NCBI GenBank assembly: GCA_950097015.1
Contig: CATNEN010000012.1
Location: 3,038,001 to 3,102,000 of the forward strand
DNA from: Macrostomum hystrix
Taxonomy: Eukaryota; Animalia; Platyhelminthes
Direction: 5' to 3'
DNA: 64,000 nucleotides
Positions 11,017-23,984 of the stretch are shown in pieces (position 1 is the first letter of the stretch; each line of letters opens with the position of its first letter). The notes beneath the pieces were generated by a model, which was not told the DNA's origin, ran no database searches, and worked only from the letters and a program-made list of their open reading frames with translations. The position numbers were made by a program, and so were the translations under genes.

Positions 11017-14000
11017 TCACATCGAGGTGTCAAAATAGGCCAGGCACTGCAGCAGCTGCGGATTGCGCTTGAAGTACTCCTGGAAGTCTTCGAACGAGAT
11101 CACACCGTCGCCATCTGCGTCCATCCGTTCGAAGGCGGCGTCGGCGTGCTCCAGGACGGTCAGCTCGTCCACCGGCGGCCGCACCATTCGCCCCAGCAGG
11201 TCGTAGATACTCGCCAGGACATCGTTCAGCTCTCGCTTAGTGATCTCGCCGTCCTGGTTAATGTCGTACATGTTGAAAATCCAGCGCAGCTTCTCGACTT
11301 GGCTGCCGCGGCACACTGTCGACAGGCCGCGGGCGAAGTCGGCGAAACTCAGTGCGCCGGAGCGCGACCGGTCGAATGCCGAGAAGATGAAGCGGGAATA
11401 GGCGGTAGCGTCGCCCTGGGGGAAGAACTGGGCGAATATCGACCGGAACACGTCCTCGTGCAGGGCTCCTGCGCCAGGGTTGCGGGTAGAAGGCTCTGTG
11501 ACAATTAACTTTGTTCTTCGACTGAAAAATCCAAAACCCCTCAGCTACTAGAAGTAGTAGCGAATTGGCCTAAAATGGGACTAAAATGGCTTTTGTTGAC
11601 CAACTTTCTATTTGCAGGTCAAAGAAATTGGAAAGAAGCTGCTGCTGCTGCTGTGTGTCTCATTTTTTCTCCCCTCCACTCGACCCTCCCAGCCAGGCGT
11701 GCACACAAGCATGGGGGCGGCCAAGGATCCCGGAGGTCGCTGATCGCCTTTGTTTGAACACGATCCGAAGGACGGGCGGTAGAGAAAAAGAGCAAAAACT
11801 ATGGTCCCACTGTACTGCTTTGGGTTGGCAGGACTTGGGTGTTTGCTTGCTTTAGCAGTGCTTGCTCAGGTTATGGAAAAGATCTGCAACAGCGCTGTAG
11901 TTATTGCTGGTTTCATTCGAATCCTCTATATAGCCCGTCTAATTCTATTTATACACACGAGGGCAAACATGATGCTGGTTCCTAATTTTCTCGACTCCTT
12001 TTTATGGCTTCAGGTTGACGGCCAGCAGCCGTCAGCCATCGGCTGGTGGCTGGTGAAATGAGGAAACAGAGGCTGATGGCTGATGAACTGAGGGATCAGA
12101 GGCTGATGGCTGATGAACTGAGGGATCAGAGGCTGATGGCTGATGAACTGAGGGATCAGTGGCTGATGAACTGAGGGATCAGAGGCTGATGAACTGAGGG
12201 ATCAGTGGCTGATGGCTGATGAACTGAGGGATCAGAGGCTGATGGCTGATGAACTGAGGGATCAGTGGCTGATGAACTGAGGGATCAGAGGCTGATGGCT
12301 GATGAACTGAGGGATCAGTGGCTGATGAACTGAGGGATCAGAGGCTGATGGCTGATGAACTGAAGGAACAGAGGCTAATGACTGATGAACTGAAGGAACA
12401 GAGGCTGATGGCTGATGAACTGAAGGAACAGAGGCTAATGGCTGATGAACTGAAGGAACAAAGGCTGATGAACTGAAGGAACAAAGGCTGATGAACTGAG
12501 GGATCAGAGGCTGATGGCTGATGAACTGAAGGATCAGAGGCTGATGGCTGATGAACTGAAGGAACAGAGGCTAATGACTGATGAACTGAAGGAACAAAGG
12601 CTGATGAACTGAAGGAACAAAGGCTGATGAACTGAGGGATCAGAGGCTGATGGCTGATGAACTGAAGGAACAGAGGCTAATGACTGATGAACTGAAGGAA
12701 CAGAGGCTAATGACTGATGAACTGAAGGAACAGAGGCTGATGGCTGATGAACTGATGGAACAGAGGCTGATGGCTGATGAACTGAGGGATCAGAGGCTGA
12801 TGAACTGAGGGATCAGTGGCTGATGAACTGAGCGATCAGAGGCTGATGAACTGAGAGAACAGAGGCTGATGGCTGATGAACTGATGGAACAGAGGCTGAT
12901 GGCTGATGAACTGAGGGATCAGAGGCTGATGAACTGAGGGATCAGAGGCTGATGAACTGAGGGATCAGTGGCTGGTGGCTGATGAACTGAGGGATCAGAG
13001 GCTGATGGCTGATGAACTGAAGGAACAGAGGCTAATGACTGATGAACTGAAGGAACAGAGACTAATGGCTGATGAACTGAGGGATCAGAGGCTGATGAAC
13101 TGAGGGATCAGAGGCTGATGGCTGATGAACTGAAGGAACAGAGGCTAATGGCTGATGAACTGAAGGATCAGAGGCTGATGGCTGATGAACTGAAGGAACA
13201 GAGGCTAATGGCTGATGAACTGAAGGAACAAAGGCTGATGAACTGAAGGAACAAAGGCTGATGAACTGAGGGATCAGAGGCTGATGGCTGATGAACTGAT
13301 GGATCAGAGGCTGATGGCTGATGAACTGAAGGAACAGAGGCTAATGGCTGATGAACTGAAGGAACAAAGGCTGATGAACTGAAGGAACAAATGCTGATGG
13401 ACTGAGGGATCAGAGGCTGATGGCTGATGAACTGAAGGAACAGAGGCTAATGACTGATGAACTGAAGGAACAGAGGCTAATGACTGATGAACTGAAGGAA
13501 CAGAGGCTGATGGCTGATGAACTGAGGGATCAGAGGCTGATGAACTGAGGGATCAGTGGCTGATGAACTGAGGGATCAGAGGCTGATGAACTGAGGGATC
13601 AGAGGCTGATGAACTGAGGGATCAGTGGCTGATGAACTGAGGGATCAGAGGCTGATGGCTGATGAACTGAAGGAACAGAGACTGATGGCTGATGAACTGA
13701 GGGATCAGAGGCTGATGGCTGATGAACTGAAGGAACAGAGGCTAATGGCTGATGAACTGAAGGATCAGAGGCTGATGGCTGATGAACTGAAGGAACAGAG
13801 ACTGATGGCTGATGAACTGAGGGATCAGAGGCTGATGGCTGATGAACTGAAGGAACAGAGGCTAATGGCTGATGAACTGAAGGATCAGAGGCTAATGGCT
13901 GATGAACTGAAGGATCAGAGGCTAATGGCTGATGAACTGAAGGATCAGAGGCTAATGGCTGATGAACTGAAGGAACAAAGGCTGATGAACTGAAGGAACA

Positions 14001-17000
14001 AAGGCTGATGAACTGAGGGAACAAAGGCTGATGAACTGAGGGATCAGAGGCTGATGGCTGATGAACTGAAGGAACAGAGGCTAATGGCTGATGAACTGAA
14101 GGAACAAAGGCTGATGAACTGAAGGAACAGAGGCTAATGGCTGATGAACTGAAGGATCAGAGGCTAATGGCTGATGAACCGAAGGATCAGAGGCTAATGG
14201 CTGATGAACTGAAGGATCAGAGGCTAATGGCTGATGAACTGAAGGAACAAAGGCTGATGAACTGAAGGAACAAAGGCTGATGAACTGAGGGAACAAAGGC
14301 TGATGAACTGAGGGATCAGAGGCTGATGGCTGATGAACTGAAGGAACAGAGGCTAATGGCTGATGAACTGAAGGAACAAAGGCTGATGAACTGAAGGAAC
14401 AGAGGCTAATGGCTGATGTACTGAAGGAACAGAGGCTGATGAACTGAAGGAACAAAGGCTGATGAACTGAAGGAACAGAGGCTGATGAACTGATGGAACA
14501 GAGGCTAATGGCTGATGAACTGAAGGAACAGAGGCTGATGAACTGATGGAACAGAGGCTAATGGCTGATGAACTGAAGGAACAGAGGCTGATGAACTGAT
14601 GGAACAGAGGCTAATGACTGGATTGAATGAAAGGCCAGAGGATCATATACAAGCTGTGTTTCATGATCTTTTTTGATAGCCGAATATAATAAACCTTGAT
14701 ATGAACATTTTATATTATTAGTTTAGTAGAATTACTAGATTGTCAGTATCTTGTCATTCTATACTTTGAATAAGTCACTGAAAACTCTGCGCAGTGCAAA
14801 TAGAAAAAATATTTGCAGAGGAGCTCAGCAATTTCTAGGATATCTCAAATGGAATAAGCCTGTTCAATTTGATCAATATGTTTTGCTTGATAATCCATCT
14901 GCGGATTGTCGGATATTTTTCTCTCAAATCCTACCTATAGACTCCATATACTCATCTTAACTGGATTAAACCTGTTCTAAGAGAAAACTTCCATAATACC
15001 ACCCGAGTGCTGCCTTGCTCGAGGATCGAGTCGATGAGGACAAGATCCGATCCTCAATTTCCTTTCCCACTCACTTTACTATATTCTCGTGTTGTTTTTT
15101 TTAGTTTATATCCCACGTCTTGCAAATGTTTCCGGGATTTCGCATGCTCCACTTGGCCGGTGCATCAGATTCTCTCTCTATATCGCACATCCTCACGCGC
15201 TGATCCTATTTTTGGACCAGGATATATACCTCTAAGATATGTAATAGATCTTAGCACTCTATACTGAGTGAGAACGCTATGCGATCTGGCTTTAACCATC
15301 AGTGCAAAAGCACTGATGAATTAAAACATTGTAAAGATAATTGGTGATTTCTTTGTTTTCTAAGTAACAAGTGACAGCGTACAGTTGCATCCTATTAAGG
15401 AGGTGGGTGACGGAGTTTCTTGGTCCATGAGCAATAGTTGCTAATAATAATTGCAGTAGGGCTACAGGCAATGGCACATCATTCGGTGACTCTAGACCCG
15501 CAGCCAGCGAGGAGGCAATTCTGCCCATTTCGCTGACTCCTGAGCACACACGCACACAGATACCGTACACAGGCACATACTCACACTTTCTCATCGTCAG
15601 GCAGTGTACACTTCACTGTGCCTTGGAGGTTGACCCTCAAGGGCGTAAATTGCACGACAAGCCTCCAAGCCTTCTCTCCGCGGCTGCGCCCCAAATGAAT
15701 GTGGCCTCGCCGCGGAATCGAGCTCAGGGACCTTGGTGCGAGAGGCAAACGCGTTAACCGCGTTAAACGTTAACCGTAAGAAGGATGTCTATAGCAAAAA
15801 ATGTGGGATCTGCGTTCAGTTTTCAAACTATCCCAGATCTCCCCATGTAGAAGTGCAACAGTTGGCATCAGCATACAATGCCCCTTTTACCCCGGTTTGT
15901 GAACGGTGAGGTCATCGAGTAATTCATGCAATAACAATGATCAGCTGATAGACTTTTTATGTTATACAATTTTGATCTGATCAGCTTATTCTTTAATCTC
16001 TAATCCCCTTTTGCACTATTGAGACTCTCAAATGGAACGCAGTTTCAGTTGATAAAGGCCATAGAAACTTCGTCAGTGGAAATGGGAAAGAAGTATATAA
16101 TCTCTCCCGTTTATTCATTTATCTATGGCCGTCAGATAAATGAAGACATGGCTGAAGACATTAGTGACTTTGCCAGCATTGACGACGATATAGCGAGAAT
16201 GGTTGATTTGATTTTTGCGGACGGAACCACATCGGAGACACCCTCAAGCCCTCGCTTCGATTTTACGTCGGAGGAAGAGCTCATGGCTGTTGTCGATGGC
16301 TGTATGCCAGAAGCTACTAAGAAGAAAACTACTTGGATGGTCAACACGTTCATGGAATGGCACAATGAAACGAAGACACAGTGGGCGTCTGGCGAGCAAT
16401 CTGGACTGATGGTGCTCAAGGAGCTGCATGAGGTGAGCAAATCGGATGAGCAAGTTCGGCAAACAGCATTCAAATTCGGCAAACAGCATTCAAATTCGGC
16501 AAACTGCATTCAAATTCGGCAAACAGCATTCAAATTCGGCAAACAGCATTCAAATTCGGCAAACAGCATTCAAGTTCGGCAAACAGCATTCAAATTCGGC
16601 AAACAGCATTCAAATTCGGCAAACAGCATTCAAATTCGGCAAACAGCATTCAAGTTCGGCAAACAGCATTCAAATTCGGCAAACAGCATTCAAATTCGGC
16701 AAACAGCATTCAAATTCGGCAAACAGCATTCAAATTCGGCAAACAGCATTCAAGTTCGGCAAACAGCATTCAAATTCGGCAAACAGCATTCAAATTCGGC
16801 AAACAACATTCAAATTCGGCAAACAGCATTCAAGTTCGGCACCAGGTCAACCAGATACAAAAATATCTATGGCACAAGCCCATCATATTGATCCAACTGC
16901 ATTCCAATTCGGCAAACTGCAAGCACTGTCAATATTATATTAACTCAAAAAGTAACGATAATATAAAAGTCCTACTTTTTAAGTTCTTCTATAACGGGAT

Positions 17001-18599
17001 AAACTTTCGTTTTTTTTTATTTTTGGTCAACACCAAATGATTTCTATATCTGGTTACTTCGCGAGATAAGAAATTTTCTGTATAAGAGTCGAACCAAGTC
17101 AAAGTTAAGCGTTGATCCCGCTATGACTTTAGCACTGTATTATTTAGTTTAACAGTTGGCCTCATTCAAAGGCACGGGCGCTAGTTAAACCAGGCTAAAA
17201 CGAATTTTTTAAGTGAAAGAAAAAGAGCAATTAAATGAGAACGCAGGGTGAGGAGCTCTGATCCTTATTCTGATGTTTACTCCCGTCGGAATAGACCAGA
17301 CTGTAGCCATAGTAGATACAGAAAACTGTTTGAGAATAGCCAACTATTGCTGAAAGAGAAAAGCAGATAATACTACTGGGACACATGCAACTTAACGGCA
17401 TAGTAGGTACTGCGACTGACCATATTTCCTTTCCTTTGAGAGGCAAGAAATATAAAAAGAGCCAAATGAACCCACTCCCCAACCGGGATTTTGGGTGAAG
17501 GGGCGGCGCGAGGTCCCTGTCATCTTCAGCGCGACGTTGCTCGGCCCTCTTTGATGTCAGCAGCGACCCATCTCGCCTACTTTCCGCTGCTTCTCTCTCC
17601 AGTCGAGCCCATATCCTGCGAGGCCAAGACTGCGAGACTGTTAATTAACTCGCGGCCAGAACCTCACCCTCCAGCTCAGTTTTTACTATCTAAACTCTCA
17701 TACTCCTTCAGTTTTGCCTCATGCTTCACGGCTTGCATTTTCCCCATCCTTGTTGCCACCCAAGACTCGCCGCACTCCCCCCTGCAAACTCTCGCACCCA
17801 ATCTCCCAGTCGCCTGCAATCAACCGGAAGTGCAAGAAAAACTTGCCGCCATGAACTTCACAATGAATTGCAATTATTATTAGATACTAATACTGCAGTG
17901 GGGGGTCGGTGGCAGAGCGGTCTAACGCGTTTGCCTCTCGCACCAAGGTCCCTGAGCTCGATTCCGCGGCGAGGCCACATTCATTTGGGGCGCAGCCGCG
18001 AAGAGAAGGCTTGGGGGCTTGTCATGCAATTTACGCCCTTGATGGCCAACCTCCAAGGCACAGTGAGAGTGTACACTGCCTGACGATGAGAAAGTCAGGG
18101 CAAATTTACACACCTGTGTGAGCGACTGCCTGACTACAGTATCTGTGTGCGTGTGTGCTCAGGAGTCAGCGAAATGGGCAGAATTGCCTCCTCGCTGGCT
18201 GCGGGTCTAGTGTCACCAAATGATGTGCTGCAGTGCCTGCAGCCCTCCTGCAGTTCTTATTATTATTAATGCTGCAGTACTACCTTCAGGGCACTCGTTC
18301 TTGAATCCGCGGTACAGGGTGCGCAGCTCCCTGGGCGTGAAGTGTGTGGCCCTGGCCAGACAGTAGATATCCACTGGTCTCTGTCGGCTGCTGCGACAGG
18401 CGATCAGCTCTTCCAGGTCGGCCATGTCATGCTTCAGATGGAATAGAGTCTTGGACTTTTTTCTCAGCTGGTCGATCTGGTTGAGCAGGTTGGAAGGCGC
18501 GAATGAGACTCGGCGCAGCGTTGAGGCCAGGCGATTGCCGGCTGCGGGCGGCGCCTCGAACACCGGCTGGGATCGGCGGAGCCGCCGCGTCTGCTGCAT
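11017..18599 (-). CDS. KCNIP: Kv channel-interacting protein / neuronal calcium sensor (EF-hand), 2 exons, ~255 aa
   Basis: Exon 18599-18284 (THFTPRELRTLYRGFKNECPE) splices to 11468-11017 (GALHEDVFRSIFAQFFPQGD; EF loops DRSRSGALSFAD, DINQDGEITKRE, DADGDGVISFED). Intron ~6.8 kb. Confidence 0.9.
12040..14620. repeat. 30/23-bp minisatellite (ggctgatggctgatgaactgaaggaacaga) in KChIP intron
   Basis: Direct reading; largest array in the window. Confidence 0.97.
15442..15761 (-). mobile_element. tRNA-derived SINE family A, copy 1 (5' end truncated within box A)
   Basis: Reverse complement closely matches the copies at 17900 and 32230. Confidence 0.85.
16180..16450 (+). pseudogene. N-terminal remnant of Crypton/DUF3504-type tyrosine recombinase
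   Basis: RFDFTSEEELMAVVDGCMPEATKKKTTWMVNTFMEW resembles the CryptonA/ZMYM/KCTD1-like N-terminal region from memory; runs directly into a tandem repeat. Confidence 0.6.
16451..16840 (+). repeat. 20-bp minisatellite (aaattcggcaaacagcattc)
   Basis: Direct reading. Confidence 0.96.
17900..18270 (+). mobile_element. tRNA-derived SINE family A, copy 2
   Basis: Box A-like tggcagagcggtctaacgcg, box B-like gctcgattcc, (tta)n tail, TSD taat(a/g)ctgcagt at 17888-17899 and 18267-18278. Confidence 0.88.
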
Positions 18600-18639
18600 C
18601 CTGGCTGGCTGGCTGGATCGAATATTGACTGGCTAGTTA

Positions 18640-18985
18640 GATCGATAATTAACTGGGTGGCTTGCTGAATCGATCGATAATTAACTGGGTGGCTTGCTGA
18701 ATCGATCGATAATTAACTGGGTGGCTTGCTGAATCGATCGATAATTAACTGGGTGGCTTGCTGAATCGATCGATAATTAACTGGGTGGCTTGCTGAATCG
18801 ATCGATAATTAACTGGGTGGCTTGCTGAATCGATCGATAATTAACTGGGTGGCTTGCTGAATCGATCGATAATTAACTGGCTGGCTTGCTGAATCGATCG
18901 ATAAACGACTGGCTGGCTTGCTGAATCGATCGATAAACGACTGGCTGGCTTGCTGAATCGATCGATAAACGACTGGCTGGCTTGC
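18640..18985. repeat. 32-bp minisatellite (ataattaactgggtggcttgctgaatcgatcg) just upstream of the KChIP ATG
   Basis: Direct reading. Confidence 0.96.
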
Positions 18986-19422
18986 TGGATACCGAAAGCA
19001 GCTGCTATTAAATCGGTTAAAACTAGGGCTAGAGGACTAGCTTTCTCATGCCCTACTTCCTATTGGCTGGGTCCATGGAAGTCCGTCTCATCCAGAATCA
19101 CTCACTGTTCGAAGATGGAAAGCGAAGAGAAAATTAAGGACTAAAGCCAAATCCGTTGTTTTGTGCAATTGCTCAGCCCATTTGGACTCGGGCAATTTCA
19201 CCTGCTCTACCTTCTCACTCTCGCCCATGCAGCTATATTAATAGGCGCAAAATTACCGACTGAGCCTAGCAACTAGCACAGCAAAGCAGATGAGAGGCCG
19301 CAGGTAAAAAATTACGTAGACAAGGAGAGTCGCCTAACAACCTCCACCCTTTTAGCCCTTCCCACCGCTGTGAGACGCATTGAGCACAGAATTCTGCTTG
19401 AGCCTAATAGAGAGGTTTTTAT

Positions 19423-19850
19423 AATGAACACTCTGGCTCGTGAACAAAGATCTTCAATCGCCTTCAACACATACCCTCCCCTGTCTCATCTCTCCCCTGT
19501 CTCATCTCTCCCCTGTCTCATCTCTCCCCTGTCTCATCTCTCCCCTGTCTCATCTCTCCCGTGTCTCATCTCTCCCGCGTCTCATCTCTCCCCTGTCTCA
19601 TCTCTCCCCTGTCTCATCTCTCCCCTGTCTCATCTCTCCCCTGTCTCATCTCTCCCGTGTCTCATCTCTCCCGTGTCTCATCTCTCCCGTGTCTCATCTC
19701 TCCCGTGTCTCATCTCTCCCGTGTCTCGTCTCACCACTGTCTCATCTCACCACAGTCTCATCTCACCACAAGTCGTATCTCACTAGTCTCATCTCACCAG
19801 TCTCATCTCACCAGTCTCATCTCACCAGTCTCGTCTCACAACAGTCAATC
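19423..19850 (+). repeat. ~58-bp unique head + 16-bp minisatellite (tgtctcatctctcccc)
   Basis: Head 19423-19480 recurs at 23985-24041. Confidence 0.9.
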
Positions 19851-20279
19851 CAGCCCGCTATTGTCTTCAGTATTGTCTGTTTCACCCACCCAGGAGTCCG
19901 ACCCCAGGTTGAGATTTATGCTTGCAGCGGTTCAGCCGCCAAAACGGCTGGAAAACACGCCACGATAAGAAAATATCCTTAACGGCCAACATTTCGATTT
20001 GAACTCCCTCTGTCCGCCTTTTCCTAATCCTGCCCGTGCGAGATTCAATTATCCCCTGCCCCAGCCTTCAAGCCAACTCCTGCTGTGAAAGGCAAGCTTG
20101 GTCCTATCGATGTTCCTTTAGGATTCAACCGACTCCGGCTTTTTCCTAAATGCTTCAGAGAGGAGCGGAGAAGATCCGACTGGCGGAAAATGTCTCACAA
20201 GAAAGTGGAAGACTTCGCATGGTAGAAATTGAATAACGAACAAAATTGACTTCTTCAGCGTTCATGCATTAAACCTATC

Positions 20280-20945
20280 TTCTACCCTCTACTCTCTCTT
20301 CTCTTCTCTTTCCCTTCTCCTCTCTCTTCTCTCCTCTTTCCATTCTCCTCTCTCTTCTCTCCTCTTTCCATTCTCCTCTCTCTTCTCTCCTCTTTCCCTT
20401 CTCCTCTCTCTTCTCTCCTCTTTCCCTTCTCCTCTCTCTTCTCTCCTCTTTCCATTCTCCTCTCTCTTCTCTCCTCTTTCCATTCTCCTCTCTCTTCTCT
20501 CCTCTTTCCCTTCTCCTCTCTCTTCTCTCCTCTTTCCCTTCTCCTCTCTTCTCTCCTCTTTCCCTTCTCCTCTCTCTTCTCTCCTCTTTCCCTTCTCCTC
20601 TCTCTTCTCTCCTCTTTCCCTTCTCCTCTCTCTTCTCTCCTCTTTCCCTTCTCCTCTCTCTTCTCTCCTCTTTCCCTTCTCCTCTCTCTTCTCTCCTCTT
20701 TCCCTTCTCCTCTCTCTTCTCTCCTCTTTCCCTTCTCCTCTCTCTTCTCTCCTCTTTCCCTTCTCCTCTCTTCTCTCCTCTTTCCCTTCTCCTCTCTCTT
20801 CTCTCCTCTTTCCCTTCTCCTCTCTCTTCTCTCCTCTTTCCCTTCTCCTCTCTCTTCTCTCCTCTTTCCCTTCTCCTCTCTCTTCTCTCCTCTTTCCCTT
20901 CTCCTCTCTTCTCTCCTCTTTCCCTTCTCTTCTCTCTTCTCTATT
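20280..20945. repeat. CT-rich 27/29-bp minisatellite
   Basis: Direct reading. Confidence 0.95.
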
Positions 20946-21185
20946 TTTCTCTTTTCAAAGCAACAAATCGCAGCTTTTTTCTTACACATTTTGAGCAGCA
21001 TTTTACCATAGACAGCCACTGAGACTAAATGAGACAAGATTTTAGATCTGTCGCGAGTCCAACTACGAGTAGCAGACGTCTACAGAATCTAAGCTGCACA
21101 TATTCACATGCAAAGAAATTCTTAGACTTTTTTATAGCCCAGCACTAAACGGTTCAGAGAGTAACTCAGTGGCTATAGCTCAGAA

Positions 21186-22760
21186 ATGCAGTCTGTTTGC
21201 GAACCGGAAGAGCCGATTTCAGGCGCTGTCGGCAGCTCAGCCAGGCCAACCGACTCGGCAGAGAGTTTTCCCTCCGTGCGCAATCTGATAAAAAAATTCG
21301 ACAGCCTGGGCGGCAGCGCTAATTCCCAGCTGCAGCGGCGGCTGGTCCAACGATCGACCGATGAAACCGCCGATGCGGCTGGGGCGAACCAGCAGCCGAA
21401 CGACCCGGCGCTGCTATCGATCGGTGACCAACCAAAGGCCGACTCATCCGACTCGTTCTTCTTGTCCGAGACGAATGCGGTTGAGGACTTGGCGGCACCC
21501 TGCGGCACTGTACAGCCTGAAAGTGCTGTTAGAGAGGCTGCGAATGAAGCTCCCATGGCTTTTCCAACGCCGGATAAGCTCAGCGAACATTCTAAGAACA
21601 TCAAAAGTATTTCGCCTGACAAAAAGAATGACGACGAAGAAATGAAGTCGGCCTTATATGACATTAAGCTAGAGCCGCAGCAGCAGCTTGAATTGCTGCA
21701 AGCTGAAGCTGAAGTTGAACACGCTCTTCCACCATTGATCCCTGACGAATCCGTCGACGACAAAATCGGAGCGAGCTCGGTGGAAGACGAGGGTCAGGAA
21801 GAGAAATCCAACAGCGAATTGAAATCGAATCCCGCAGATGCGGCTAGCTATAGCTTTAGCGAGCCTCTAGCCAGCATTGAGGAGACAGTGGAGGTTGTCG
21901 AGACTGGCGAGCAACCGGCCGACCTGTCGCAAGTGTCAACACTAGAGCTGCTAACCGCTGTGCTTGGCAAAGGCAGTTTAGACGCTTTGGACGAGCCGGA
22001 GCGGCCCTCCAAGGGCACAAACAATCTGTGTGCCGGGTCGCAAAAGCTGAGAAAGAAGCAGAAGAGCAACCAGCAGAAACAGGGCGAGTACAGCGCTGCC
22101 GATCACAAGCACCAGTGCGTCAGCCGCACGGACTTATTGGCGGCTCTCGGCTCCAAGAAGCGCAAGCCGGCATTGCTTAGCACTTGTGCCAGGACGCTAA
22201 AGAACAAAGGTAAGCTGGCAGCTAATCGACTCCATGAACTGTGAAAAACTAGTACCGAGTAGAATAGCCGTCTTTCCGTAACCCGCACTCCACACAAAGA
22301 TCATTCCATCAAAATAGTTCGCGATGCGTCCCGTTCGATGCTGTCCCTCGTGGCACGGGCTGACGAGCCCATCCTGGCGAATGCGGCCGACACCAAACAG
22401 CAGCTGCTGCCGGCGATATCGCCCGATGCTTCAGCCAGCGCAGAGGAGGAGCCCCAAACCGAAACTGCCGTCATTACCGCTCCAGACGCCGTCGAATTCA
22501 CTGGCAGTCAGTCGCCGATTGGCAATCAAGAAGACAAACCGGCTGCGGATGATTTCTTCCAGGACCTTCCAGAGACGCCTCCGTCTAACAGTGCTGAAGC
22601 TCCCGCGTTGAAAAGTTTGCCATCGCTGCCGCCAACACCGGCGTCGCTTGCTTCGCCAGCTCAGCTGGCCTCCGGAGAAGCCGCGTCGGATGTCAATATG
22701 AACGATTTTAGCGACTTCGCCGCTCAGCAGCTTTGTGAGTTGGGAATTTTGAAATACTAG
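21186..22760 (+). CDS. Hypothetical acidic low-complexity protein, at least 2 exons
   Basis: ORF 21186-22244 joins ORF 22338-22760 in frame through a 90-nt intron (donor gtaagc at 22210, acceptor ag at 22298-22299). A further gtgagt donor at 22735 may be used. No family recognised. Confidence 0.6.
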
Positions 22761-22849
22761 TTTGTTTTTAATTGAGCTCGAAAACTCGAAAGACTTTTAA
22801 CAGAAGAGAAGCGCTTGAGTCGTTAAAGAAGCGTTTTAGTCGTCAGAGA

Positions 22850-23345
22850 AACGTTTGAGTCGTTAGAGAAGCGTTTGAGTCGAAGCGTTTGAGTCTTTAG
22901 ATAAGCGTTTGAGTTCAGAAAATAGAATCGTTTGAGTCGTCAGAGAATAGAATCGTTTGAGTCGTCAGAGAAGAGAAGCGTTTGAGTCGTCAGAGAATAG
23001 AAGCGTTTGAGTCGTCAGAGAAGAGAAGCGTTTGAGTCGTCAGAGAAGAGAAGCGTTTGAGTCGTCAGAGAAGAGAAGCGTTTGAGTCGTCAGAGAAGAG
23101 AAGCGTTTGAGTCGTCAGAGAAGAGAATCGTTTGAGTCGTCAGAGAAGAGAAGCGTTTGAGTCGTCAGAGAATAGAAGCGTTTGAGTCGTCAGAGAAGAG
23201 AAGCGTTTGAGTCGTCAGAGAAGAGAAGCGTTTGAGTCGTCAGAGAAGAGAAGCGTTTGAGTCGTCAGAGAAGAGAATCGTTTGAGTCGTCAGAGAAGAG
23301 AAGCGTTAGAGTCGTCAGAGAATAGAAGCGTTTGAGTCGTTAAAG
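22850..23345. repeat. 25-bp minisatellite (aagcgtttgagtcgtcagagaagag)
   Basis: Direct reading; shares the core acgactcaaacg with the 4494 array in opposite orientation. Confidence 0.95.
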
Positions 23346-23984
23346 AAACTTGTGAGGTTTCCTTCTAACATGAAGTGAAAAACTACAGCTGAAAGCGCTT
23401 GTTTTATCTCTTGTTATCAATAGACGATTTCTTAAAACTTGAATTACAACAGCTAATGTGCTTGCTCAATTGAAAAATCCAAGTTTATTAAGTGTGCAAG
23501 ATTTTAAAGTCCTATTTTTTTTCAATAAAAGTTGCAAATTTATTAATTTCAGCCCTCAATTAATCGTCAACGCCATGACATCCGGCTTGGGACAGACCTA
23601 CGACTGACTGCTGCGGTAAAGCTAGACAGTTCCAGCTGAAAGTAATACTAAAGCTAACAACACGTAGCGGAAGACAGTTAGTTATTTTCTAAGATAGTTC
23701 AGTTGAACTCTTGTGTTAAGATATGTTTCTGTGAGCATATTCAAATAAGCTGGGCTGTCCTAATGTAGACAGTAAATAAGTTTTTTCTGTTCTTCTCATT
23801 TTTGCGCTACTACGTGTGCATTGCTAAATTTGTGAAAATACAATTTTTATTGCAAAGTTGACCTATTTTTCCGCACAGAAAGTACCAGCATAATTAGACA
23901 ATTTCTGCTTTTAGTTGACTCCTCTTTTTGCCAAGCTGAAGGCAAGTATAAATAAAAAAATAAAATAATACGAGTCTGTCTTAA

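Noticed and set aside
13625-13993. MADELRDQRL coiled-coil-like repeat ORF and its antisense PSVHQ ORFs
   Set aside because: Product of a 30-bp satellite inside the KChIP intron; 23-bp variants break the frame repeatedly.
20282-21037. Arg/Glu-rich 251-aa ORF
   Set aside because: CT-rich repeat; non-ATG start and no splice context.
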